Positions 9,230 to 18,651 of a stretch of 64,000 nt of DNA are shown one piece after another (the stretch's first letter is position 1; each line of letters starts with the position of its first letter). Origin of the DNA: Spirochaetia bacterium (GTDB lineage: Bacteria; Spirochaetota; Spirochaetia; CAKZLE01); the NCBI GenBank assembly GCA_963677595.1, contig OY782041.1, positions 2,976,001 to 3,040,000 on the forward strand. Reading direction: 5' to 3'. The notes beneath the pieces are model-generated. The model searched no databases and was not told where the DNA came from. It saw only the letters and a list, made by a program, of their open reading frames with translations. Made by a program: the position numbers and the translations under genes.

Positions 9230-10192
9230 TCAATCAGCTAGGTTATCCTGGAGTTCCTGGATGGCATTCATGCTCAAACCCGTGATGTCAGCGATATCAG
9301 GGAGAGACATACCTTTAGCCAGCATACGCTTTGCGATCGCTTCCTTCTCTTCTTCCTTGCCTTTTTTCTCACCAATCTCAATACCTTTAGCCAGGTATGC
9401 AGTAGCAGTGTCCTCTACGAGTGCCGCCTCACGGGCAGCTTCATCGAGTTCCGCCATACTCTTCCGGACATATGCATACCGGAGCTCTTCATCCGCACTT
9501 ACATGTACCATCTGCTTCATCGCCTCCTCGAAGATCCTGTTCTGATGGGAGAGCTCTTCCAGCCCTTCCAAGTCTTCAGCCCTGAAGAACCTCGTCCACT
9601 GATCCCTCAGGCTTTCGGGATCATCATGGTCCATACGCTTAAGTTCCACGAAGACCATCTCCATGAGGTCCGTGAACTCTTCTTTCGTCTCCCGGTCATG
9701 GAAGGTTATGTGCCGTATATAGGACCTGGTCGTATCCGGCTTCTCTTCGTAGTTCTCTCCGTTCTTCTCTTCTTCCGTCTCTATCAGATTATAGCACAGA
9801 AAGTTGAGAGTTATAGACTTGCCGAAATCGGCAGGCCGCTTTCGGCAGTCTCCCCTCTTGATCTGGCTTGAGTAGAGGCGGGCAAGGTAATGCAGGCTGC
9901 GGGGAATGATGTCAAACTCATTGCGGACCTGGATCTCGACATCGATGTGTTCGTTGCCTGCGGTCTTGACCCGCAGGTCAAGGCGGAAGAGCTTGTCATC
10001 GGGGTAATCCCGTTCCTTTTCCGTGGTCATGATGGTGATGTCCTCCGGGCTCTTCGGGGAGATGTCGAGGTAGGCGGTGAGCAGGAAGAGCAGCAGGTCC
10101 TTGTTCTCTTCTTTGGTGAAGATCGCCTTGAAGACGATGTCACTGGTTAGCGGCAGTAAGGTGCTGTTCCCGTACTTTATCTCTTTGAACAT
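9230..10192 (-). CDS. Rpn family recombination-promoting nuclease / PDDEXK_2 protein
   Basis: SDIVFKAIF, LDLRVK...IDVEIQ, RSLHY, C-terminal GIEIGEKKG...IAKRMLAKGM...ITGLS; GGAGG before ATG 10192. Confidence 0.9.
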   Translation of the reverse strand: MFKEIKYGNSTLLPLTSDIVFKAIFTKEENKDLLLFLLTAYLDISPKSPEDITIMTTEKERDYPDDKLFRLDLRVKTAGNEHIDVEIQVRNEFDIIPRSLHYLARLYSSQIKRGDCRKRPADFGKSITLNFLCYNLIETEEEKNGENYEEKPDTTRSYIRHITFHDRETKEEFTDLMEMVFVELKRMDHDDPESLRDQWTRFFRAEDLEGLEELSHQNRIFEEAMKQMVHVSADEELRYAYVRKSMAELDEAAREAALVEDTATAYLAKGIEIGEKKGKEEEKEAIAKRMLAKGMSLPDIADITGLSMNAIQELQDNLAD

Positions 10193-10446
10193 GCGGGTTC
10201 CTCCTGTGTTCGTATATCTACTACAAACAGGATTCAGGTCGATTTGATTTAAAAACATGCTGCGATCGACGAAGAACCTGACACTCTTGCTGCGGCTGGT
10301 CGATTCCGGTACTTTTCTGGTTTGGGTCATACAATGCAGGATTCTCAGCATCTATGCCTTCCAGACCCTGCAGAAGAGGTGTATGATATCTATGAAGAGG
10401 TGTTCGCAAAGCCTTGCCTATCGGCAAGCATCAGGAGGAGGATGAG

Positions 10447-11598
10447 ATGAGTGACCGGATCATACAGCTCTATATCTTGCTTGGGGAGGTGGAACCTGCC
10501 GTGTGGCGGAGGATCCAGGTGCCTGCTGACCACTGCTTCGCGGAGCTCCACCTGGATCTCCAGGATGCCATGGGGTGGGGCGGCTACCACGGCTACTCTT
10601 TCTTCGATGCTAAGGGCAGCATGATCAGGACCAATCGACCTGAGCCGATCTCCCTGACCCTGACTGAGGGGATGATTTTCCAGTACCTCTATGACTATGA
10701 CTCGAAGTGGATGCATCTCGTCACGGTCGAGAAGATCCTCGATGCGCAGGAGGGTGTGTTCTACCCCATAGCGCTGGACGGGGAACAGGCCTGCCCGCTC
10801 GAGGATATGGGAGGGGCTGAATTCTACCAGGATCTCGCAGACCGCATCAGGGCGGCGAAAGATATCGAGGACGAGGAGCGGGCGAGGGAACTCTTCGACG
10901 ACGATGACTGGATGTACCTCGCCTTCGACCCGGACGAGTTCGTGCTGGAGTACACCCATTTCACCCTTGCACCCATCAGTCCCGAGGAGAAACACCTCGA
11001 GGACTACATCGTCAGTGCGGTCAATCTCTACGGGATGATCAGCACAGAGAAGCTCATAGAGATCTACAACAGCCACCATCCAGCTGCCCCGCTGGATCCC
11101 ATCGATCCCGGCACCTGCATGGCAGGGGATCTGAAGATCAACCTGAACAGGCTCGAGGACCGGTATGTGGAGTTCGATGAGGGGTATTTCGAGCATGAGA
11201 GCCTCATCTATGATGAGGAGCAGGAGGCACTCGTATCTTCGCAGCGTACCAAGCCCTGGTATATACCGGAACAGGAGGAGTTCTTGAAGCACCTCGATGA
11301 CAAGCACATCATGGAGTGTCCTGCCTTTGACCGGCTCAAGGAGTACCTCTCCCTGCAGCCGCTGCCGATGAACATAAATGCGGACGATATCGCCGAAGGG
11401 ATCGCGCTCGGCTGCAATGAGGTTACCAACCCGCAAGGGGGCCAAGACAGCCTGGGGCGCTGCAATATCGGGTTCACGAAGGCGGGGATGGAGATCGCGG
11501 TGCATCTCGTGGATGACCTGAAGAACAGCATGCGGCTCTGGGTCAATAACGGGTACAGCCAGTCGGAGCTCTCCGGGATGACTTCAGGCCGGGAATGA
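10447..11598 (+). CDS. Plasmid pRiA4b ORF3-like domain protein with C-terminal extension
   Basis: VWRRIQVP...LH..LQ.AMGW...H.Y.F, YLYDY...W.H, G..ACPLED.GG; AGGAGGAGG RBS. Confidence 0.8.
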   Translation: MSDRIIQLYILLGEVEPAVWRRIQVPADHCFAELHLDLQDAMGWGGYHGYSFFDAKGSMIRTNRPEPISLTLTEGMIFQYLYDYDSKWMHLVTVEKILDAQEGVFYPIALDGEQACPLEDMGGAEFYQDLADRIRAAKDIEDEERARELFDDDDWMYLAFDPDEFVLEYTHFTLAPISPEEKHLEDYIVSAVNLYGMISTEKLIEIYNSHHPAAPLDPIDPGTCMAGDLKINLNRLEDRYVEFDEGYFEHESLIYDEEQEALVSSQRTKPWYIPEQEEFLKHLDDKHIMECPAFDRLKEYLSLQPLPMNINADDIAEGIALGCNEVTNPQGGQDSLGRCNIGFTKAGMEIAVHLVDDLKNSMRLWVNNGYSQSELSGMTSGRE

Positions 11599-11674
11599 AC
11601 GGCAGCGCTTGACTGCCGGAAATCCGGCAGGGATCATGGTATCTTCGTACCAATATGCTATCTGGGGGGGCGAG

Positions 11675-12850
11675 ATGAGGGTCGCGATCACGAAATCAAG
11701 CATACACCGGAACCGGCTCCTGCTGCTGGTGATCTTCGTCTCCGTCCTGGTTCTCGTCGCCATCCCTGCGGGGGTGCTCTCCTACTACCACAGGCAGTTC
11801 GTCATAGAGGTATTCCAGCGGAACGCCCTGAACATCTCGCAGACCGTCGCTGACGTGATCGAGCAGGAGATAGAGCCCTACCGGGATCTCGTCGAGATCG
11901 AGGACTACGAGGAGACCTGGTACAGTCACTCCTACTACTGGAAGATGAACACCCTGCTGAGGAACATCACCCGCGAGACGCAGGCCGATTATATCTACAC
12001 CCTGAAGCAAGTCGGGGAGGCTGAGGCTGCCTATATCCTCGACGGTACCAACCCCAATTCCGACGACTTCTTCCCCATCGGCATGGGCGGGGAGATCGAG
12101 GATACCGCAGCCCTGGCGATCAGGACCGTGGAGCCGAAGGTCTCGGGACTGAGCCAGTATGAGGACTGGGGGAAGTACCTCACCGCCTACACGCCGATCG
12201 TGGACGAGACGGACGGCAGGGTGCTGGGACTTGTCTGCGTCGACTTCTCGGAGGAGACCCTCCAGACCTGGCAGCAGGGGCTGTGGACCGTCCTGGGAGT
12301 GAGCTTCTTCATCCTGGTCATCGTCATGACCCTCATCATCTACCTGCTGGTGAACTACCTCTACCAGTACAGCAACATGGACCACCTCACCGGTCTCTAC
12401 ACGAGGAAGCACCTGCTGGTGCGCATGCGGCACCTGATCAGGAGATACCAGAGGACCGGTGAGCAGTTCTGCTTCATGATGATGGACATCGATTGGTTCA
12501 AGCAGATCAATGATACCTACGGTCACGGGGTCGGGGACATGTTCATCGTCGCCGTGGCTGACAAGCTCAAGAGCTTCTGCTCACCTGATGATATATGCAC
12601 CCGCTACGGCGGGGACGAGTTCTGCGTCCTCCATCCGGGGTCCTCTGTCCAGGAGTGCCGTATCCTTGCGGAACGGCTGCTGGGAGAGGTCAGGGAACTG
12701 CGGACCATGGATGGGAAACCGGTCTCTATCAGCATCGGGGTCTGTGTATGGGAAGCGGGGAAGTCGATGAACATGGTGATCGACGAGGCTGACAAAGCCC
12801 TCTACCAGGCAAAGGAGCAGGGAAAGGGCAGGGTCTGCTTCACGGCATAG
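11675..12850 (+). CDS. Membrane-anchored diguanylate cyclase (GGDEF) with extracytoplasmic sensor
   Basis: Two TM helices; DHLTGL, DIDWFKQINDTYGHGVGD, RYGGDEF, ADKALY.AK..GK. Confidence 0.93.
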   Translation: MRVAITKSSIHRNRLLLLVIFVSVLVLVAIPAGVLSYYHRQFVIEVFQRNALNISQTVADVIEQEIEPYRDLVEIEDYEETWYSHSYYWKMNTLLRNITRETQADYIYTLKQVGEAEAAYILDGTNPNSDDFFPIGMGGEIEDTAALAIRTVEPKVSGLSQYEDWGKYLTAYTPIVDETDGRVLGLVCVDFSEETLQTWQQGLWTVLGVSFFILVIVMTLIIYLLVNYLYQYSNMDHLTGLYTRKHLLVRMRHLIRRYQRTGEQFCFMMMDIDWFKQINDTYGHGVGDMFIVAVADKLKSFCSPDDICTRYGGDEFCVLHPGSSVQECRILAERLLGEVRELRTMDGKPVSISIGVCVWEAGKSMNMVIDEADKALYQAKEQGKGRVCFTA

Positions 12851-12852
12851 AT

Positions 12853-13617
12853 TCACTCATACAGGCTCTTTGGATCAGCAGCCGCTATCGCCGCTATGTA
12901 GCCGGCTAGTTCTCTCGCCGCATCCTGGAAGAATCGTTCACCCTTCTCGGCTGTTGATGCAGCCGGATTCCCAACACCTGTGTCTCTGGTAGCTGACCTC
13001 CAGTGCCTCGGTGCCCAGACGGAACGGTCTGCGAGCCCGTTCGGTGCGAAGGGGATACTCATCCCCTCTCCAGCCGACGAGAGCGGCAGGACGAACTCCG
13101 GATGGAGGTGCATCATACAGCTGGTCTCGAGTTCACCTGCATGGTCCCCCGGTTCTGAGAAATAGTCTTCAGCCTGGGGGATCGTCCACCAGTTGGCAAG
13201 GCAGCAGAAGACTTCAGGTATCTTCTGCTGCAGCTCACGGAGCTGCGGCTTGAAGTCGTTGCCCCCGTGACCGTTGATGACCATGAGCCTCGGGATGCCG
13301 AGGTCCCGGAGATTGCTCACGATCGACTCAAGGAGCAGGTACTGCACAGAGGGAGGGATGGACATGCAGAGGTTGAGGTCCCGCTGCCCGGTGTTGACCC
13401 CGTAGGGGACAGCCGGCAGGATCGCGATGGTAAGGTCCTCCTCATCAGGGATGAGGGATACTGCCGTGATCGCGACATCCCTGCTGCAGTAGGTGTCGGT
13501 CCCGTAGGGGAGGTGGAGGTTATGGGGTTCAGTGGCTCCCCAGGGGAGCAGGGCCATGTCGACAGACAGGTCCCGTACCTCTGCCCAGTGGGCTTCCTCC
13601 ACGATGATCCTTCTCAT
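12853..13617 (-). CDS. Creatininase family amidohydrolase
   Basis: GATEPH..HLPYGTD, NGHGGN, DHAGELETS. Confidence 0.92.
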   Translation of the reverse strand: MRRIIVEEAHWAEVRDLSVDMALLPWGATEPHNLHLPYGTDTYCSRDVAITAVSLIPDEEDLTIAILPAVPYGVNTGQRDLNLCMSIPPSVQYLLLESIVSNLRDLGIPRLMVINGHGGNDFKPQLRELQQKIPEVFCCLANWWTIPQAEDYFSEPGDHAGELETSCMMHLHPEFVLPLSSAGEGMSIPFAPNGLADRSVWAPRHWRSATRDTGVGNPAASTAEKGERFFQDAARELAGYIAAIAAADPKSLYE

Positions 13618-14669
13618 AGCGTGCCTCCCTGCAGTCTCGCCTTCAGGATGAGGTGGGTGACCGGAAGCGGTTTCTCCCTGATGATCCTCATCAGCAGTTT
13701 CCCTGACTCCCTGCCGAGGTCGTAGACCGGGTGGATGATCGTGAGATCGCTGTCGCTGTCATGCCCGTTCACGGCGATGGACCCGACGACGACCTCCTTC
13801 CCAAGCTGCCTCGCGATATCCTTCCCCAGTCTCGTGTAAAGAGAGTTCATGCCGATGACGGCGGTGAAGTCACCCAGAGTGTCCGTCCCTGCAGGAAGCG
13901 TGCGGCCCAGTTCATACCGGTATTCGTCGCAGAGGATTGTCATGACGCCTGCGGGGTCGAGGCCTGCCTCATCGAAAGCATCGAAGACTCCCGCGATGCG
14001 GTCCTCCACGCTGGTCGCCTCGAACCCGCAGGGGATCAGGATCCTGCTGTGCCCCATGGCTATGAGCCTCCTGGTGAGTTCCCTGAAGCACTCACGGTTG
14101 TTGATGACCACATGGTCATGCAGTTGGTCCCTGATGAACCGGTCAACCAGGACGAAGGGGACATCATGCTCCTCGAGGAAGGAGAGGATCTTTCGGTTCG
14201 TCCGGTCATACTCGGTACCGAGCAGGGGAGAGAGGATGAACCCCTGCACCTGGTGTTCGGTGACGAGGGCTTTGATCTTCGGGAAGAGCAGCTCGTTCTC
14301 GCGGTAGGTGTTGCAGTAGATGGTATGCAGTCCCTCCTCCCAGAGGGCATTATGGATACCCTGCATGAGGCTCGTGGCGAACTCAGGGGTATGGTTGTCG
14401 ACTGCAACTCCGATCAGCCCTTCGGAATGGGCTTCAGAGCCCTTCCCGGCTGTCTGGTCGACAACGAAGGCTCCCTGCCGTCCCTCCCGGTATTCGAGGT
14501 ATCCCCCGGCCAGGAGGTCGGAGATAGCCCGCCGGACGGTGAGACGGCTCACCCCGTACTGTTCGGCAAGCTGCCGTTCAGAATAGATCTTGTCACCGAT
14601 GCCCCAGAAACCATCCCTGATCAGGCGGAGTATGGTCTCATACATCTTTTGGTATTTGAGTTCTTTCAA
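13614..14669 (-). CDS. GntR-HTH / LacI-type sensor hybrid regulator (AraR-like)
   Basis: SERQLAEQYGVSRLTVRRA followed by a periplasmic-binding-protein-like domain (VPFVLVDR, GHSRI). Confidence 0.9.
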   Translation of the reverse strand: MKELKYQKMYETILRLIRDGFWGIGDKIYSERQLAEQYGVSRLTVRRAISDLLAGGYLEYREGRQGAFVVDQTAGKGSEAHSEGLIGVAVDNHTPEFATSLMQGIHNALWEEGLHTIYCNTYRENELLFPKIKALVTEHQVQGFILSPLLGTEYDRTNRKILSFLEEHDVPFVLVDRFIRDQLHDHVVINNRECFRELTRRLIAMGHSRILIPCGFEATSVEDRIAGVFDAFDEAGLDPAGVMTILCDEYRYELGRTLPAGTDTLGDFTAVIGMNSLYTRLGKDIARQLGKEVVVGSIAVNGHDSDSDLTIIHPVYDLGRESGKLLMRIIREKPLPVTHLILKARLQGGTL

Positions 14670-14742
14670 TTTTTCATTCCCTTCTGAACACTGATGAGTT
14701 CAGTTATACCATGAAATAGACAGGAAAACAATAAGCGTTACA

Positions 14743-14877
14743 TAATGGTAGTACCATTACCTGAGAAACTGTGGGTAAATCTGTCTTGTCGGAGGGAGTG
14801 GTTCATCGATGAATAAAAAAAGTGATTTTTCCGCTTGACACAGCAGGTGAAATGGTATGTAATATGGACATACCAAA
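14743..14877. promoter_or_regulatory. GntR-type operators and a divergent sigma70-like promoter
   Basis: Perfect TAATGGTA-G-TACCATTA at 14743-14759; TTGACA-17-TGTAAT from 14835; TGGACATACCA directly after. Confidence 0.55.
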
Positions 14878-15298
14878 TGTATGTTTGGTATTATATCGAG
14901 CGTATGGCAACAGAGCTGTACTTCAACGTGAAACATGCGCTTATGGTCCCGATGCTGTCCTGTGTACCTGTGTTATGTGTTAACAGGCGACCTCCCTGCA
15001 GATGGACCGGTATAGTTAAACCCAGATCTCAGGCGGCGGCCCCACATCCCTCATTCAGAAAATCGGGGTCGTCGCCATCTTGTATCCCGAATGGCCTGCT
15101 GCCCGGCTCAAAGATCGGCATCCCTATATACGAAGAAATACACTCACCAAGAGATATCACCTTCGGTGTCAGTGGGTCACTCACACGATATAAAGTCAGC
15201 CGTCCCCTGTATGGTTCTGTGAGGATCGGATGGACCCATACCTGCAGGATAACTGATTATACCTGGATCGAGGAAACATGGTAGAGCATGCTGTTTGA

Positions 15299-16408
15299 TC
15301 AGATAGGGGCATCCTCGCCGAAGAGGATCCCCTCCATTGCGTAGGCAACAGTCTCCAGGGCTGTGCGGTCATCGTTGTTGGTCAGGAAGATGAGGGTGTG
15401 ACCCGATTCCGGGAAGATGATGATCAGGGAGTTGTAGCCGCTCCCCCCGATGGTTCCGCCGTGGAAGAACTGCTTCTCGCCGTAGGTCTCGGTGATCTCC
15501 CAGCCGTAGCCGTAGCCCTCGTTATAGGCGGTGGTCATGGCTGCTATGGACTCCTCTGTCAGCAGTTCGCCGGATGTATAGCTCCTGGCATAGCGGAAGA
15601 GGTCATCGGCGGTGCCGAGGATGTTCGCGGCGCCGATGACCCTGGAGAGGTTGTAGAGGGTGAGCTCCTCGGTGCCCGAGGGGATGATCCGGTACCCGAT
15701 GGCCTGGTTTGGGGCATGGGAGTCGTCGTAGCTGGTGAAGGCCCTCCTCATCCCCAGGGGGAAGAAGATGTTGTCATAGAGGTACTCGTCATAGGTGAGG
15801 CCGGAGACCCGCTCGATGATCATCGCAAGCATGATGTAGCCGGCATTGCTGTACATGAACCGGACGCCGGGCTTGTAGGCTATGGAGTAGTCGTTGAGGT
15901 AGGCGGCATGCTCCTCGAGCGACAGCCGGTCGTTGTAGGTGAACTTACCCTCCCGCTGCAGGCCGGAGGTGTGGGTGAGCAGGTGGTGGATCGTGATGTC
16001 GCTTCCCAGGCTGAAGGAGGGGATGTAGTCGGTGATGTAGCCCGAAAGGGAGAGTTCTCCCCTCTCGACGAGCTGCATGATCGCTGTCGCCGTGATCGAC
16101 TTCGAGATGGAGCCGTAGCCGAAGACCGTGGAGGTATCGTTGGGGAGCTCCTGCTCCCTGTCGGCATAGCCGTAGCCTTCGTGCAGGAGGATCTTGTCCC
16201 CCTCCGCGACGAGGATGACCCCGCTGTAGGGGTAGTCAGCCCCCTCCTGGTAGGAAGCCATATACCCGGTGAGCTTCTCTGTCATGGTGGAGACCTTTTC
16301 AGCGACTGCCGCTGCCTCAGCGGCGGGACGGTTCAGGACAGAGAGTATGATCCCGATGAGGATGAGGCTGACGAACAGCACGATGAGGATGATGATGCGT
16401 TTCTTCAT
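15299..16408 (-). CDS. Serine hydrolase, beta-lactamase class C/AmpC-like family, N-terminal membrane anchor
   Basis: SISK (SxxK), LLTHTSG, YSN, HGG. Confidence 0.9.
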   Translation of the reverse strand: MKKRIIILIVLFVSLILIGIILSVLNRPAAEAAAVAEKVSTMTEKLTGYMASYQEGADYPYSGVILVAEGDKILLHEGYGYADREQELPNDTSTVFGYGSISKSITATAIMQLVERGELSLSGYITDYIPSFSLGSDITIHHLLTHTSGLQREGKFTYNDRLSLEEHAAYLNDYSIAYKPGVRFMYSNAGYIMLAMIIERVSGLTYDEYLYDNIFFPLGMRRAFTSYDDSHAPNQAIGYRIIPSGTEELTLYNLSRVIGAANILGTADDLFRYARSYTSGELLTEESIAAMTTAYNEGYGYGWEITETYGEKQFFHGGTIGGSGYNSLIIIFPESGHTLIFLTNNDDRTALETVAYAMEGILFGEDAPI

Positions 16409-16583
16409 GGGGCAGACTCCCGGTTCGCTGGTGGAGGGAGAGCAGGAGGCTGTAGGAACCCCTCTCCCTATACAAAGTAGAACAGCTCGTCAGGGTAAAT
16501 CGTTACGGCAGGATGGAAAATACTGTCGGGGAGGGGTGTGGGTGATGGTTTGGGTGTTACATGGGTTTTAGCATGAATACTTA

Positions 16584-16638
16584 CCGTAAAAAAATTACGG
16601 ACTATTGCATATTCTTACCTTTTAGGTGATAATCACCT
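16584..16638 (+). promoter_or_regulatory. Promoter with two palindromes upstream of the ATPase-TOPRIM pair
   Basis: CCGTAA-N5-TTACGG; TTGCAT-17-GATAAT; AGGTGAT-A-ATCACCT over the -10. Confidence 0.55.
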
Positions 16639-16653
16639 TAGATGGGGTGAAAC

Positions 16654-17760
16654 ATGTTATATAGATTTTCAGTTGAGAATTTCAAGAATTTCAAGAAGCG
16701 CATTGATTTAGATCTTTCAGATTCGAAGAACTATGCATTCAACAAAGAAGCTGTCAGAGATGGGATAGTCAAGACCTCAATCATCGTGGGTCCCAATGCC
16801 AGTGGTAAATCCAATCTATCCCTGGCAATATTCGATATCATAGGGCATGTCACTGATAAGAATACTACTGCAAAGCGTTATCAGAATTATACGTTTGGGA
16901 ATAATAGTGACCCCGTGAGGTTCTCATACTGGTTCCAGATCGAAGGATCGGTCATACAGTATGAGTATGTGAAGCTTGATCATGAGACGCTGGTGTATGA
17001 GAGACTCACGATACGGGATCGAGTCGTCCTGCTCTTCGACAGGGAGGATGGGACTGTACAGATCGATCTTGAGGGCGCAGAGACGCTCGATAAACAGATC
17101 CAGAACAAGAATCTATCGATACTCAAATACGTCAGGCGGAATACCAACCTGAAAGATACCGTTGAGAATAGATTATTTCATGCAATGTATGATTTCATTG
17201 ATCATATGCTCTCTTTCAGGTCGTTGGATGGGAATGAGTACCAGGGGTATGATGTAGGGTCTGGGAAGATCACGGAGGGAATACTCAAGAAAGGAAAATT
17301 GAAGGAATTTGAAGCGTTTCTGAAGACTGCTCATGTTGATTGTGTCCTGCGAGAGACCAGAACAGATACTAACCGGGATATAGTCTTTTGCTTTGGGAAC
17401 AGGGAGATCCCCTTCTTCGATATCGCTTCGACAGGAACACGGGCTCTGGCATTATTCTATCACTGGTATCTCGATGTACAGGAGTATGTTTCCTTCCTGC
17501 TGATAGATGAATTCGATGCATTCTACCATTTTGAACTTGCCCAGAGTATTGTGGCAGTATTGCGTTCTCTGGGGAAGACCCAGGTGATCCTGACGACCCA
17601 TAATACCGACCTCATCAGCAATGATCTCTTACGGCCTGACTGCTATTTTGAGTTGAAGGAAGACAGGATCGTTCCATTCTGGAGGAATACGAACAAGGAG
17701 ATCCGCCAGGCTCATAATATGCAGAAGATCTATAAGGCCGGCGGTTTCAATGGGAAATAA
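16654..17760 (+). CDS. AAA_21/RloA-like ABC-type ATPase
   Basis: VENFKNF, GPNASGKS, STGT signature, LLIDEFD, TTH. Confidence 0.88.
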   Translation: MLYRFSVENFKNFKKRIDLDLSDSKNYAFNKEAVRDGIVKTSIIVGPNASGKSNLSLAIFDIIGHVTDKNTTAKRYQNYTFGNNSDPVRFSYWFQIEGSVIQYEYVKLDHETLVYERLTIRDRVVLLFDREDGTVQIDLEGAETLDKQIQNKNLSILKYVRRNTNLKDTVENRLFHAMYDFIDHMLSFRSLDGNEYQGYDVGSGKITEGILKKGKLKEFEAFLKTAHVDCVLRETRTDTNRDIVFCFGNREIPFFDIASTGTRALALFYHWYLDVQEYVSFLLIDEFDAFYHFELAQSIVAVLRSLGKTQVILTTHNTDLISNDLLRPDCYFELKEDRIVPFWRNTNKEIRQAHNMQKIYKAGGFNGK

Positions 17761-18553
17761 CATTCTCTTTGTCTTCGAAGGACGAAAAGCAGAACCTAAG
17801 ATCTTCAGGAATATCAATAGATTGTTCTTCACGTCTGATACAGGGTGCTCGAACTATTTCTATGGGGTCTTTGGGACACATGTGCATCAATTGTGCTGGG
17901 AAGTCCTGGATGATCCTGACCTCGATCTGTTCGTGCTACTGAAGCAACGGGGAATGATCAAGCCGTTGATGCCTCATATAGGTGACATGGGAAGGGATCC
18001 TTCTCAATTAAGACGTGAGGATTTTGCTGAGATATACCTGTTCTTTGATGCGGATAATCATGATCCCGACTTTGATGCTACGAAGCTGGAAGAGCTCGTT
18101 TCCTTCTTTGACAATGAGACAGAACATGGCAAACTGTATATCAACTATCCTATGGTTGAATCGTTAAAAGACTATCATCCGAAAAAAGCACAATATGCGA
18201 GATGCCTGGTACCAGTAGAAAACAATATACACTATAAGAAAGCAGTAGGCGACTATACCTGTAATGCCCATGTAGGAACATATACTGTTGGATACTGGAA
18301 AGAACTCATACGATACTTCATTAGAAGGGGAAACTGTCTGCTTGAAGACTACTACGAGATGATCAACTATGATGTATATATGGAGCGACTCTTGCAGATA
18401 TCGATCGTGAGGAAACAGCGTGATCATTGGGCACTACAGCAGACCTTTATGCTGAACAGCATCCCGTTTTTCCTGCTCGATTATTTCGGGAGGGATTTCT
18501 ATGATTCCTGCTGGCAGAATATCAACCAGGTTCGCTCAAGCGACTTCAGCTGA
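17750..18553 (+). CDS. Hypothetical protein, TOPRIM/RloB-like partner of the ATPase
   Basis: Overlaps the ATPase; ILFVFEG..AE, IYLFFDAD (DxD) and INYPMVE motifs. Confidence 0.7.
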   Translation: MGNNILFVFEGRKAEPKIFRNINRLFFTSDTGCSNYFYGVFGTHVHQLCWEVLDDPDLDLFVLLKQRGMIKPLMPHIGDMGRDPSQLRREDFAEIYLFFDADNHDPDFDATKLEELVSFFDNETEHGKLYINYPMVESLKDYHPKKAQYARCLVPVENNIHYKKAVGDYTCNAHVGTYTVGYWKELIRYFIRRGNCLLEDYYEMINYDVYMERLLQISIVRKQRDHWALQQTFMLNSIPFFLLDYFGRDFYDSCWQNINQVRSSDFS

Positions 18554-18651
18554 ATGAAGTGTACACCAGGAAACCCCAAAGATCTTCAAGACACCCAGCA
18601 GTTGGAATAGCCATATCCCTTGAGGTGCAGGGACGTACAGCACCCTGAAGC

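Noticed and set aside
10257-10445. DSGTFLV shared between this short ORF and the MBL hydrolase
   Set aside because: Seven-residue match with no flanking similarity; likely chance
14685-14704. CTGATGA as a hammerhead ribozyme core
   Set aside because: No correctly placed stem II and CGAAA or cleavage triplet; it is the loop of a small hairpin
15299-16408. Antibiotic-resistance beta-lactamase
   Set aside because: SxxK/YxN motifs are shared by many esterases and peptidases; HGG rather than KTG
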